This document shows, piece after piece, positions 28,180-40,500 of a stretch of 64,000 bases of DNA. The stretch is from Lingula anatina (Eukaryota; Animalia; Brachiopoda). The stretch's first letter is position 1. Every line of letters begins with the position of its first letter. The stretch lies in contig CM120648.1 of NCBI GenBank assembly GCA_051362555.1, positions 18,906,587 to 18,970,586 on the forward strand, written 5' to 3'. The translations under genes and the position numbers were made by a program. The notes under the pieces were generated by a model. The model searched no databases. It saw only the letters and a list, made by a program, of their open reading frames with translations, and had not been told where the DNA came from.

Positions 28180-28378
28180 TATGTTGCCAGAGTGTAGCCA
28201 CTGGCGGCTAGCTTCCAGCAACCCTACCGCTTACCTCCAGCAACATGCACTGTATATAGCCGAGACAAGCTGCTAGCGGCTAGCCTGTGGGGATACTTTC
28301 CGGCAGCATTTTTATGTTGCTGGAGTACTCCTGCTATACTCCGGGAGTACTTCAGCAACATTTTACGTTCTGTAAGGG
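28180..28378. mobile_element. CACTA/EnSpm-like terminus (orphan end)
   Basis: Ends TTCTGTAAGGG (reverse complement CCCTTACAGAA) with subterminal CCAGCAAC/GTTGCTGG repeats. No partner end found. Confidence 0.5.
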
Positions 28379-28746
28379 CATGCATTTCTAAGTTTTATAG
28401 TAAGCACACAGCTAGGTGTTAGTAAAAATGTATGTAGAGTGGAGAAACTTTTTACTGTTATTGACCAATTTCCACTGAACCCATCAGAATTATGAGTGAG
28501 AATGAGACACCTGCCCATCAGGCAAGTACAATATGTCTGTACATCTACTTGCCCTGCTCCAAATGTACTTGGTCTGCTTCAAATTAAAAAAAAAATGGGT
28601 GTTGATAAAATTTATTCTGAACAGTCTATAAGTCAGGCAGATTCAGTACAATGGCGTATGTATTTGTAGGTTGATAAGTTATTCACTAAAGAAAAAAACT
28701 TCATGTAATAATCATAATAGTGATACATAATACATGTATCATGATA

Positions 28747-30087
28747 CAGGGAGGGAAATGGGCGGTCGCCAGTCGCCAAATGCGACCGCTAAAACGAATT
28801 GGCGAGTGCCAATCTCAGTAACTGGTCCAAACGGGCGACTGCTCTATAAGCAGCGGCAACATGAGAAATATACGGGGTTTTTACTTGTCCTTAGATATTT
28901 TTCCTTTTAAAAAAAGAAAAAAAAAAAACGCTCCCAATTTTGTCTGCATCGAAGACTACGCAAATTTCAGATGTGTTGACCTATTTTAATGACGCTTCCG
29001 AACACGTCAGACGTTATTTGCATGCGACCTGACCTCTTGCATCAGACTGTCAATTTTGACCAATCAGATTTTACCACAGCATTCGCGCCGTATGAAGTAG
29101 CAGAGCCTCGAGGATTGAAAAGCTACGTACGCAACAAACCTTTTCGGTAAAAATACTAATTTACTTGAGTGCAGTCTTGTAGTTTTGAAGGGTAAATATA
29201 ATTCTTTAAATGGTTTCTGGTCTTTTTCGATGTCAATAGCTTATAGTTACATTCAAGATTTTACAAGAAACGTTACTTTTCCCGTTGGGGCCGTTAGCAT
29301 GCTGCCGAAATATTTTCTTATTGGAAATTAAATCAAAACTACATTTAGTGTGTGAATTGAATTAGTTCAACTTATCTTACAATTTTATAGCGATGTGGAG
29401 GTTTTTGCCTGGTGTGACAAAGCCGCCAGAGCCTCTAAAACGAAAAACACCGACAAATGACAAAAGCGAACAACCTAGCACTAAATGTAAAAAAAAAGAG
29501 AGCTCGGGTACCTTCCTTTAAAACAGCTACGGATTTTTGAGGAAAATAAAAAGGCGAGGATTTTTTGTTCCGTTTTATGGTTATATTTCAACTTTTGGGA
29601 CTTTGAAGTTACTTCCTATTTCGTGTTAATACAATGGGTGTTAACCCATTGTTCTAATTCCAAACCTTGTTTGGGTAAACACAGAGATTAATAACTCCTT
29701 TATATTTTTTAACCTAATAGTTAAAATACTTGATTTCTATTGTGTGATGTGGCATCATTTCCTTTAACCATAAAAGGTGGGGAGAAAAAGCTGTTTAGTT
29801 TTTAAAATGTGAATAAATGTTGATGAATTTTGGGGAGTTATTTGGTTGATTTCAATTCTTTTAAATAAGTTCAAAATAAAAACATGAAAATTAAACTTAA
29901 TTTGCTTTATTTTATTGGCGCATTTTAATAATAATTTTAAAAAACGAAGTTGCTCAGTATGTTAAAACCGTCCACACATTTTTGATTCTTTCATAATTGG
30001 ACCAGTGCCCCAAGGCCTAGGACCACTACCTCCAGAGTCAACTGGTCCAAGTGGACCAGTGCTGAAAAATTCCCATTTCCCTCCCTG
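28747..30087. mobile_element. hAT-like non-autonomous element with 6-bp TSD
   Basis: TIR CAGG(G)AGGGAAATGGG...CCCATTTCCCTCCCTG, flanked by ATGATA on both sides. GGACCAGT and GGCGAC/GTCGCC subterminal motifs are shared with 2763-4443. Confidence 0.8.
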
Positions 30088-32389
30088 ATGATACATTTCA
30101 CCATGTTATGATGCAAACACCATCAAATGAAAACAAAAATAAACTTGTTATTAAACCATTTCAACAAATGTTTGTGCCAAGCAGATATTTAGCATTGTAC
30201 AATGTATATGGTCAGTGTATGGGGGGGCAAAGTGATTTCCATTTCGTCAGAAAATGAAAAAACGGCCGTTTTTCATTTTCATTTGATAAATTGTCAAAGT
30301 GAAATGGAAAATCAACCTCGATTTTCGTTTTTCCTTTTAAAATGAAAAATGGAAAAACGAGATTATTTTTCGTTTTTTCCGCTTTTTTGTGACATAAAAA
30401 AAAACAAAAAACGACAGATTTCCAAACGTGATAGAAAATAGAAACATCCACTGTTTTCCCATGTCAAGAGAGTGAAATATATTAGAAAATACGTCCTTTT
30501 CTCCTTCTGTGAAGAAATGAAGTATCGAAGCATGTTTATTTTTTGCCATTATGGTTTCAATGGAAAAACGGAAGTCAGTTCGTTTTTCTGATTTTCATTT
30601 TGGAAATAAAACTTGGAAAACGGAAGTATATAAAGACATACAGACAGAAAAATGGCAGCCCTTGAAACTTTGACTTCACGAGACTAGGATTATTCCTGGT
30701 TTTGTAAAAGTATTCGGAAATTTAGTAAATTACTTTAAGAAAAATGAATTAAGGAATTTCAGAAATTCTATAAACTGTGGACAATTATGGAAAAACAATG
30801 CGCCCTCGCTGTGTGTGGTTCAGAAATATGAAATAGGCCCCTAGGTTAGTGTCTAGGTCAAAGTGGAGAAGAGATGAAGGTTGGATCTGTTTCTGTAAGG
30901 ACTTTTTGTGACAAGATTTTGATAGAAAGTAGAAATTTTTATCATGAGAGAAATATTTGAAGGTTATTAAGTCGCCTGGACTGTAGTGCTGGTACCCCAG
31001 ATAGCAACAAGGCGTTGGCCCGACGCTGGGCCAACGTCGGCATGGTTGGCCTAACGACGTCGGGCCAACGTCGTAAGGCCGGCCAGTGCACTGGGCCGAC
31101 GTCGGGCCAGCGCAGGTGCCGGCGTCGGGCCGACGTCCGTGCTCATCGGCCATCTGTTGGCCCGACGTCGGGCCAACGTCGTTTTGCCAACCAGCTGACG
31201 TTGGCCCGATGATGGGCCGACGTTGGCCCGATGGTGGGTAATGGTTGGCCCGATGGTGGCCCAGCGTCAGGGTTATGATGTTGGGCCGACGTTGGCCCAT
31301 TGTAATTATGCCAACCAGCTTATTGGCCCTGCATAGGCCCAAAATTAATTTTTTTTATTTTAAAGTAAGTGATTAACTTTATGAAATTATAAGCAAAAAC
31401 AACAACGATAACAATTTCTGTCTGCAACACAAAATATATTCTTTATTATATCATAGTGGTGATTTCATGGCCAATTTCATGGCCAAATTTAATTTCTGAA
31501 AATTCCTACTTTAGATCAAGTCTGAAAATTATATTATCTGAATATTTAATTAGTTACATAAAACTTATTTATGAATGAACCTTATATTAACCCTGTACAT
31601 TAAGTTCTACAGGATGCTTTCAGTTTAAAAAGGCCTGAATCACTTTATTTATGACTTCATTTTTTAGTTAAAGTTAAAATTGGTTCAATTATGTTCAAAG
31701 TACATACATATATATATATATATATACATATACGTAACCAAATCAACAGTAAATAGAATGTCAATAAATTTAATAAAAAAGAAACCTCTTGTCTTTTTGT
31801 ACAAAACAATGTATGTTTAAAAAAACTACACTGCAAAAAGGCAAATATACAGACACTAAGCAGGGAGAAATGTCACTTATATACATGTAAAGAAAAAAGA
31901 ACAAACCTTATTTTTTTTACTAAAGAAAGCTGCTCATCGAACTAACACAAAAATTGGGAATAAATTATGCATGTACATGGGGGGGGGGGGGTGAGGGGCA
32001 AAAATATTTTTGCACACCTTAGCCTAAATAATATTATACATTGTCATTTTTTTAAACTATTTCAAACGTAACATTAATAAACATAATCACTAGTTCTGTA
32101 ATGAATGAATCTTGAATAGTGAATGAAAAAAACATTGTTTTTTTAGATGAAGGAGAGTTATAACAAAATTATAAATAACCATGCAGTAACTGTTTCAATT
32201 CAACTAGCATGCTGGCTACATACATGTAAACTCTGAAAAAAGAACCATGAAAACTCCATAGATATAGATGTACTAAAAAAAAAGAGAATTACATGTGCAC
32301 AAAAAAAAACCAGTATACTGTTGATGCTTTTGAATTAAATCAAAATAATACTGTTTGTTTTGTGGTCCTCCAATGAGCCACATTTATTT

Positions 32390-33085
32390 TTCTTGGATTT
32401 CAGCATTCCCCATGCATTTTCATCAATGATATTACAATATGCACCTGAATCTGGCAATAACGCCGCCTATCTCTATTTCCATCATGTCTGTGTATATTGC
32501 ATTGGTTCCCACACCAAATGTATATGCACTCCTGGATTATCATGTTCATAACTGTCATTTACTTGAATAATAGTTTAAGTTTCGCAGACTTTTGCAAAGT
32601 GATCCAACGTTCCTTGTTTTCTCAGTCGGAGGGTTTCTATTCGTTTTTCGTGTCTGAACTCGTGGTGTTTAGACTGAGTTGGTTTGTCAAATGACTTCGG
32701 TTTCACCATACTCACATTTTCTGGTGTTCCACTTCCTTTTAAAGCGTTAACTGTCTATGTATATTCATGTTTCTCACCTGTGTTTGGGAGAGTCCTGAAA
32801 ATATCTTGTACACCTGTCCCTGCTGAATGCAACATAAGCGCGCGTCTCCTCTGACATGTATTTTTAATTTTCTGTCGTTGTTCATTATTCATTCCGTCCG
32901 TTGGTTCCGAAACAGTCAATCTTTTCCGCCAGCGAAGAGTTTAAATCTGTCTAGCCAGCGTCCAACGTGGCCCTAATGTCTCCGGACTTCTGTACGGTTC
33001 GATTCGTAATTTCACATTTTTCCTCCATTTTCTCAAAGAAAGTTGGCTCACAGTTTTGCACTAGAGTTAATCCTCGTCGCCAGTG
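32390..33085 (-). mobile_element. Deleted Gypsy LTR-retrotransposon remnant (PBS, gag N-terminus, protease)
   Basis: PBS TGGCGACGAGGA at 33071-33082 (minus strand). Gag-like WLDRFKLF...RRRALMLHSAGTGVQDIFRTLPNTGE and protease-like DSGAYCNIIDENAW, with frameshifts. Confidence 0.7.
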
Positions 33086-34460
33086 TTAATGTCTTCCAAT
33101 TAAATCGCATCACGAATCAAATCACTCAACGAATTGTATCAGTTTGATACGCTTGTGCTTTTTTCATATCCATAACTCTAAGAAACGCTACATTCGGGTC
33201 CTTGACCGGCTTATCATAAAAAGCGGAATTTCAAAACAGCGGGACGAGTAGCTCTAACAAGTTAACAATTCATTCAAATGTCAAGTCAAATTAAACAAAT
33301 AGTGCACTAATGAGGGGACTTTGAAGAAAAGAGAGAAAAAGAGAGAGATAAATTAAATCAAAATTGATCAAATGACGATAGTTCAATCATTCAGCTCACT
33401 GGTCAATAAAAAATAAATAAATAAGAAAAAAAAATAAAAAATTAAAAATTTAAAAAAAATAATAAATGACTTCACCAAATATTGGCTTGATGGCAGCTTA
33501 ACATAAAATTAAAAAAGACTGCAGTCTGTCCGCAGATCTGGCATATCAATGCGTAAGCGGTGATCATTACAAAAACACCTACGCGCTTGCACAAAATAGT
33601 CCGCGACGTGTGTTTCGCGCCATGTTTTCAAAAACCCGTAGTTGTTATATAAATCCATGAAGCTCTGTGAATAACTCATTATTCCGCTTGAAACTTTCAA
33701 AAAATAAAATTTAGAACTTGATGTAAACGCACAATGTAAAATGAACATTTCAATTTCGACGAAAGCCTTGTATCAGTTGTCTAAAAATAGCATACGCATT
33801 TTTCTCAAGCAGATCGTGTAATTTTGTACCCTAAAATGAAATGATTGTAGAAAAAATGGACAAACTTACTTAATTGATATTATAACGATTTATGCAACTG
33901 TATATGCTGGAATTGAGCCAAAAAGAATAAAAAATTTGTACAACCGTCCTTTTTTGTGAAATCCCTATTTTAGTGCGAACTATGTGGGTCAGTCGAAACT
34001 GGGACTGTCACGTTGCACTGAGCAAGTGACTGGAGAGCGTTTTTCTTGGTAAATCTTGCATTTCGGTTGAAAAAAATTGAATGTTCAGCTTTTCAAGTGT
34101 ATATTTATAGTATACAATGTGTCACTGTCATAGTGAGAGTTGTAATGGAAAATAATACGTGAAAAAAAGACATCGGTGCTGGAGATCAACCATAACATAC
34201 AGTGTATATGGTTTTAGAATGGAAAAATCTGCCTTTCAAGTTACATAGCTTTGGGTTTGCCGACTAAAAGGTGAGTCTTTTTTTAAATTCACTATGTTTC
34301 ACTATGTTTCATAAATGATTTTGGAGTAACCTCCCTTCGCATAGTTCAGATGCACTTGTTGACGTTCAGTACTAGTGAATGTTACATTTTGTTGCAAAGT
34401 TACAGTTGTACTTTGTTTACATAAAATGTGTAGATTACTAGTAGTAGGACCAAGGAATTA

Positions 34461-37400
34461 TTATTGTACCACCAGCGTTAGCGCTGGCGGTACACATGGT
34501 TTCGGTCCCGTCCGGATCGTTCCGCCGGCTCCGCCGGCTCCGTTGGCTCCGCCGGCTCCGCCGGACGGCTACCGTTACCGCTTCTCCTCCTAGACGGTAA
34601 GGGCCCCCGTACCCATCTCATGGATTTAGGTCACCTATAATCTCAACTCGTTCCACGTAAAATTTGGGCTTTGTCGGTATTGGGGTCTGGGTGTGGCACT
34701 CATTGCAATTCACCCTTGTCTAAAAATGGCAAAATTAAATGCTAATTATCTACCCTACGGAAGGAGTTATGGGAAAAATTTCTATAGACGGTTTTCCAAA
34801 AGTCATATGTGTAGATTTCAAATATACCCTTGGATTTGACCTTTGACCTCTACTTCAAGGTCAAATGGGCCAAAATTTTCAAAAAAATGAAATTTTTTAC
34901 GAAAAAAAATTTTTTTGCCCTGTTATTCAGACACCACACAGACTTAACCAATAATATTATTGGAAAGTGTTACCCTTCAGGTCATCTTTCATCTCCATGA
35001 ATTTGGGGTCAATCGGTGCATTTTCACGGGAGTAGCGGCCATAAGATACCGAAACTTAAAACTGTCTCTAATTCGGGAACCGTTAATGCTAGAGACCCAT
35101 TCTTTTTTGCATTTTGTAGAGCATGTAAAGCCCAACACTAGAAGTGGTCTCGGTTTTTTTGTATTCCATACGGTTTTCGAGTTACGCTCTATCAAAAAGT
35201 AGATATTGGTGGTAAAAGCAAAATGTGCAGTACGGTAATGGATAATAAATTTTGAACTCTGGAAAAATAAAACATAAGGCTTGGCAAAGCAGACAACTTG
35301 TGTTCAAAAATGACATTATTTCATCAAATTTGAACTTCTGAAACTTCAAGGCACCTCCTATTTCAAGAATTTTGACCAAAATGACATTTTCTTTATTTTA
35401 ATTAATTTTTTCTGTACGAAATTTAAGGCACATTATGGTAATTCCAAAATTATAACATCTAGTCCCTTATATCTCCAAAACTGGCAGAGATAGGTCCATA
35501 GTTACTATTGAAGTTGAATAGGAAGTCATATACTGGCAATCTTACTATGACCTTGAAATTGACCTTTGACCTACTTTTCACCATGAACTGAACTTTGCAA
35601 ATTTTTCTTCCCTTTTATCTCCAAAACTGGCAGAGATAGGTCCATAGTTACTATTGAACTTGAAAAGGAAGTCATATACTGGCAATCTAAATGTGACCTT
35701 AAAATTGACCTTTGACCTACTTTACACCATGAACTGAATTTTGCAAATTTTGCTTCCCTTTTATCTCCAAAACTGGCAGAGATAGGTCCGTAGTTACTAT
35801 TGAACTTGAATAGGAAGTCATATACTGGCAATCTAAATGTGACCTTAAAATTGACCTTTGACCTACTTTTCACCATGAACTGAATTTTGCAAAATTTGCT
35901 TCCCTTTTATCTCCAAAACTGGCAGAGATAGGTCCATAGTTACTATTGAACTTGAATAGGAAGTCATATACTGGCAATCTAAATGTGACCTTAAAATTGA
36001 CCTTTGACCTACTTTTCACCATGAACTGAACTTTGCAAATTTTTCTTCCCTTTTATCTCCAAAACTGGCAGAGATAGGTCCATAGTTACTATTGAAGTTG
36101 AATAGGAAGTCATATACTGGCAATCTAAATGTGACCTTAAAATTGACCTTTGACCTACTTAACACCATGAACTGAATTTTGCAAATTTTGCTTTCCTTCT
36201 ATCTGCAAAACTGGCTGAGATAGGTCCGTAGTTACTATTGAGCTTGAATAGGAAGTCATATACTGACAATCTAAATGTGACCTTAAAATTGACCTTTGAC
36301 CTACTTTTCACCATAAACTGAACTTTGCAAATTTTGCTTCCCTTTTATCTCCAAAACTTGCAGAGATAGGTCCATAGTTACTATTGAACTTGAATAGAAA
36401 GTCATATACTGGCAATCTAAATGTGACCTTGAAATTGACCTTTGACCTACTTTTCACCATGAACTGAACTTTGCAAACTTTTCTTCCCTTTTATCTCCAA
36501 AACTGGCAGAGATAGGTCCATAGTTACTATTGAACTTGAAAAGGAAGTCATATACTGGCAATCTAAATGTGACCTTAAAATTGACCTTGACCTACTTTAC
36601 ACCATGAACTGAATTTTGCAAATTTTGCTTCCCTTTTATCTCCAAAACTGGATGAGATAGGTCCATAGTTACTATTGAAATTGAATAGGAAGTCATATAC
36701 TGGCAATCTAAATGTGACCTTAAAATTGACCTTTGACCTACTTTTCACCATAAACTGAACTTTGCAAAATTTGCTTCCCTTTTATCTCCAAAACTGGCAG
36801 AGATAGGTCCATAGTTACTATTGAAGTTGAATAGGAAGTCATATACTGGCATTATAAATGTGACATTAAAATTGACCTTTGTCCTACTTTTCACCATAAA
36901 CTGAACTTTGCAAATTTTGCTTCCCTTTTATCTCCAAAACTTGCAGAGATAGGTCCATAGTTACTATTGAACTTGAATAGAAAGTCATATACTGGCAATC
37001 TAAATGTGACCTTGAAATTGACCTTTGACCTACTTTTCACCATGAACTGAATTTTGCAAATTTTGCTTCCCTTTTATCTCCAAAACTGGCTGAGATAGGT
37101 CCATAGTAACTATTGAAGTTGAATAGGAAGTCCTATACTGGCAATCTAAGTGTGACCTTGAAAATGACCTTTGACCTACTTATTATCATGAACTGAACTC
37201 TGCTAATTTCTTTCTCTTTTAACTTCAAACTTGACAGAGATAGGTCCATAGTTACTCTTGAACTTGAATAGGAAGTCATATACTGGCAGTTTACTGTGAC
37301 CTTGAAATTGACCCTTGACCTACCTTACGAAGAACTTAAATTTGATTGTACCATATATATTTTTTGCAATAGTTTAAAAATTCTTGTTGATTGCATTTTT

Positions 37401-37529
37401 ACAGCTTGTCAAGCACAAAACTGGTGGCTGTGTCCCTTATTTTGTGTAAGTGGGGGTCTATACGAATGCGCTTGCTCCAGCTGGTGGTACAATATTTGGA
37501 GGCGGTATCGCCTCTCTGATCCTCTAGTT
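34461..37529 (+). mobile_element. Helentron-associated (HINE/DINE-1-like) element with central satellite
   Basis: 5' TTATTGTACCACCAGC with a nearby inverted copy, (CCGCCGGCT)n micro-repeats, central tandem array, 3' subTIR GCTGGTGGTACAA, hairpin GAGGCGGTATCGCCTC and CTAGTT end. Inserted in T-rich DNA without a clear TSD. Confidence 0.8.
35465..37325 (+). repeat. 146-bp tandem repeat, about 13 units
   Basis: CCAAAACTGGCAGAGATAGGTCC recurs at 35475, 35621, 35767, 35913, 36059 and onward to about 37226 (146-bp period). Confidence 0.95.
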
Positions 37530-40500
37530 ATTATATAGTATGGTAAGAAATTACTTTGATAAACAACTGGTGTGAGACTGACAATGAGGTGATTTTTTTT
37601 TTTAATCTATGGATTTTTCATGTAAAAATTTCAGTTTTTATCTGCTTTGTATAAATTTCTTGTTTCTACATGTATGATTTTATCATTTTATTATATTTAT
37701 TTTTAACAGATTCCCAATTTGGGCATATCAGCTGACAATTAGGGAAGAGGTGTTCTGGTCAAGACCAGGGAAAATTATTTTCTATACGGTTTTGTTTGAT
37801 GGTGCTGTTGATGCAGGTGTGACTGAACAAGAGATGGTGTTTTGTACTGTAGAGTCTTGGATATTTTTTACCCTAGAAACCTTTCTCATAGCAGACAAGT
37901 TCTGGAACATTATTTTCTTCAAGTATTATACAGGATGGGCTTTGACCCAAAAGACTTCCATTGAGAGTGGCCTGCCTTTAAAGAGCACATAGGTGGCATG
38001 TTTATAGTGAATAAAAGTAAAGATATGTGTACTGATTTGTTTCAAGGCTAGGAGACCAGACAAAGATTAGAATACATACAATAATGCTATTTGAAATTGC
38101 CTTGTTCAGCCTGTCCACTTCTCAGGTGGAGAGAGGATACAGTGCTCTCAAAAGAACCGAATCTGACTGGAGGTCAAGTTTGGGGAATATTGTGCTTAAG
38201 TTAACAAAATTTTGACAGCAGTTTTATAGGGGCCAAGTTTTGATGATCATTTAGTCAAGGAATCTATCAACCACTGTGTGGCAGGGTGGCACTCTGGGAA
38301 AACAGCCCAATTTTGAACTTGAAAATTGATTTTGTTTTCTGACTATCATATCCAGGTAAATGACCTGGCCATTGAAGATTCTAAGGAAATAAAAAAATTG
38401 AAACATACTCGTATACTGAAGTTTTGTTTTTTTTCATTTTTAATGCACTTTGATATGTATTTAATTACAAATTATATTCAAGAATTTTCAGTTGGGGATG
38501 ATCTTGGTTGTATGTCAGTTTTGGCTAAAGTAATATTCATAACTTGCTGGGGCAGGTGCTTCTTCTGCCCTCAGAATAGACATCAAGTTGGCCAACGAGT
38601 TTATTGGAGCCTTGTTAACTGCTTTAATTTAAAAGGCAAAAAGTTTAAAAAAAACTTTCAAAAAGTTCAGTGCATATTCATGAGGCTGAATTAACATTTC
38701 CCAGGGACAGTGCTTTAAGGACATGAGTTTTAAATGTTTACTTAGTTTTGTTTATCACACAGATTTCAAAATTTTGCACTTTTAAAAAGAGAAATGTAAA
38801 TTTTAAATAGATTAGGGATATTTTTTTCAAATTGCAATTGTAAGGGTCTTATTTTAAATAGTTTAATATGTAAGAGACAAAAATAGTACTAGTACATAGA
38901 AATAAATATTGAGCAGTAAAATAAGAGAACAAGGCAGAAGTGCAGATCTTAATATAATGAATAAACCGGAGTTGAATGATTTTTTTTTATCAAAACCCTT
39001 TCAGGCTTTAAAAAGTACAACCTGGCCATAGACCAGTACTTCATTGTAAATATTTATCCAATTAAAAAAAATCTTGTTTTATTTATAACTAGATCTTATC
39101 ATCTAGCAATATCTTTCTATATCGGTCAAAATTCACACTGGATTTCTTGTGGAGTGGATCATAACTATACAATTTTTGATGTTTTAAGAATGAGTTTATA
39201 TAACTCTTGGAATATTTCTGATGTTAGATGCACAGCACTTGTTCGTATTTTAATTTTATTGTAACTTGTTTGCTCTGATATTCAGAATATTTAAGAAAAC
39301 TTGTAGTCTTGTTAAGTCGGGTCAGTGCTTCAGGTTGGTCACGTGACGCTATAAATTATGATGAAAATGGGGTTCCATTTTTGTCGTCGTTTTGGAGATG
39401 CACTAATTTCCCCACACAAAATGGGTAAAAATTGTAGGAGATATACCTTATGATATATCATTTGAAAGTTTATGATCTTATCTTTCTGCAGGATGTAATT
39501 GTTTGAAAATATTTTGCGTTTCCTGCGATACATAATCACAGTAACTTAATGCACTTGAAAAAATCGATTTTGCCGACTTTAACACCGACTTCACGGGAAT
39601 ATGAACACTTTGCCAACGAGGTGGGACCCAAACGCAACATGTGTTTCATATCAACACAAAGCACACTTGTTTACCTTTTAGAATATATATAAAACGCTGG
39701 TGATTTCAACATTGTAGCAATATTGTTTAAATTGAAACACCCTAGTGTTGCACGCTTCAAAATTGCGAGTGCTTGGCGTCGAGTTCACCTCGCGCTAAAA
39801 AAAATGGACAAAGCTGAATTTTCAATATATATATACTGCCAGAGACCCAGTTTAACCAGCTTTCATGATTTAGTTTTTAAAACTTTGTACAATTTAAACT
39901 TCTTATAGAGATCTTCAAATAGAAAATTTCGGACACCTGAAACGGGGCACCATTTGCAATCACCCGCGTGGATAAATCTTCCATTTTACCGTTCTGAATC
40001 TATTTTTTATGACAACTAACCTTAAGATTCCGAATCCCTAGATATCCCCGCTTCTTTTTATATATCTATCGTTTAATCACATCAACTGTTGACAAAACTA
40101 CACATGAAAATACGAAGAGCTCAAAAGTCGTCCATTTTCACTCGATTTTGCTGAAAGTAGTGCGAAAATGGCCGTCGCTTCAGACAGTGTGCACGTGCAG
40201 CTCGGAATCTGCGGACAGACTGCTGGTCCAACATAAGTTAAAAGCTTAAAAAATGATGTTGGTCCTACGTTGGCCCAACGTTGGCCCCACATCGGATCAA
40301 CGTCAACAAAATGACGTTGGCCCTACATTGGATCAACGACAAAAAAATGATGTTGGTCCTACGTTGGCCCAACGTTGGCCCTACATCGGATCAACGTCAA
40401 AAAAATGACGCTGGCCCGACATTGGCCCAATGACGGCAGACCAACGTCAACAGTGCCGACGTTGGCCCAACGTTGGCCCGATGGCGGCATGCCAATGCCG

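Larger units (their letters stand above)
33522..40222. mobile_element. Non-autonomous TIR DNA transposon, copy 2 (inverted relative to 500-6523)
   Basis: TIR CAGTCTGTCCGCAGAT...ATCTGCGGACAGACTG, 3-bp TSD CTG, colinear with the reverse complement of 500-6523. Confidence 0.85.

Noticed and set aside
30785-31342. 185-aa minus-strand ORF with GPTS repeats (and 40098-40587 ORFs)
   Set aside because: Translation artefact of GC-rich CACTA subterminal repeats.
35465-37325. Possible CRISPR-like array
   Set aside because: Units are contiguous 146-bp repeats without unique spacers, inside a eukaryotic HINE element, and there are no cas genes.
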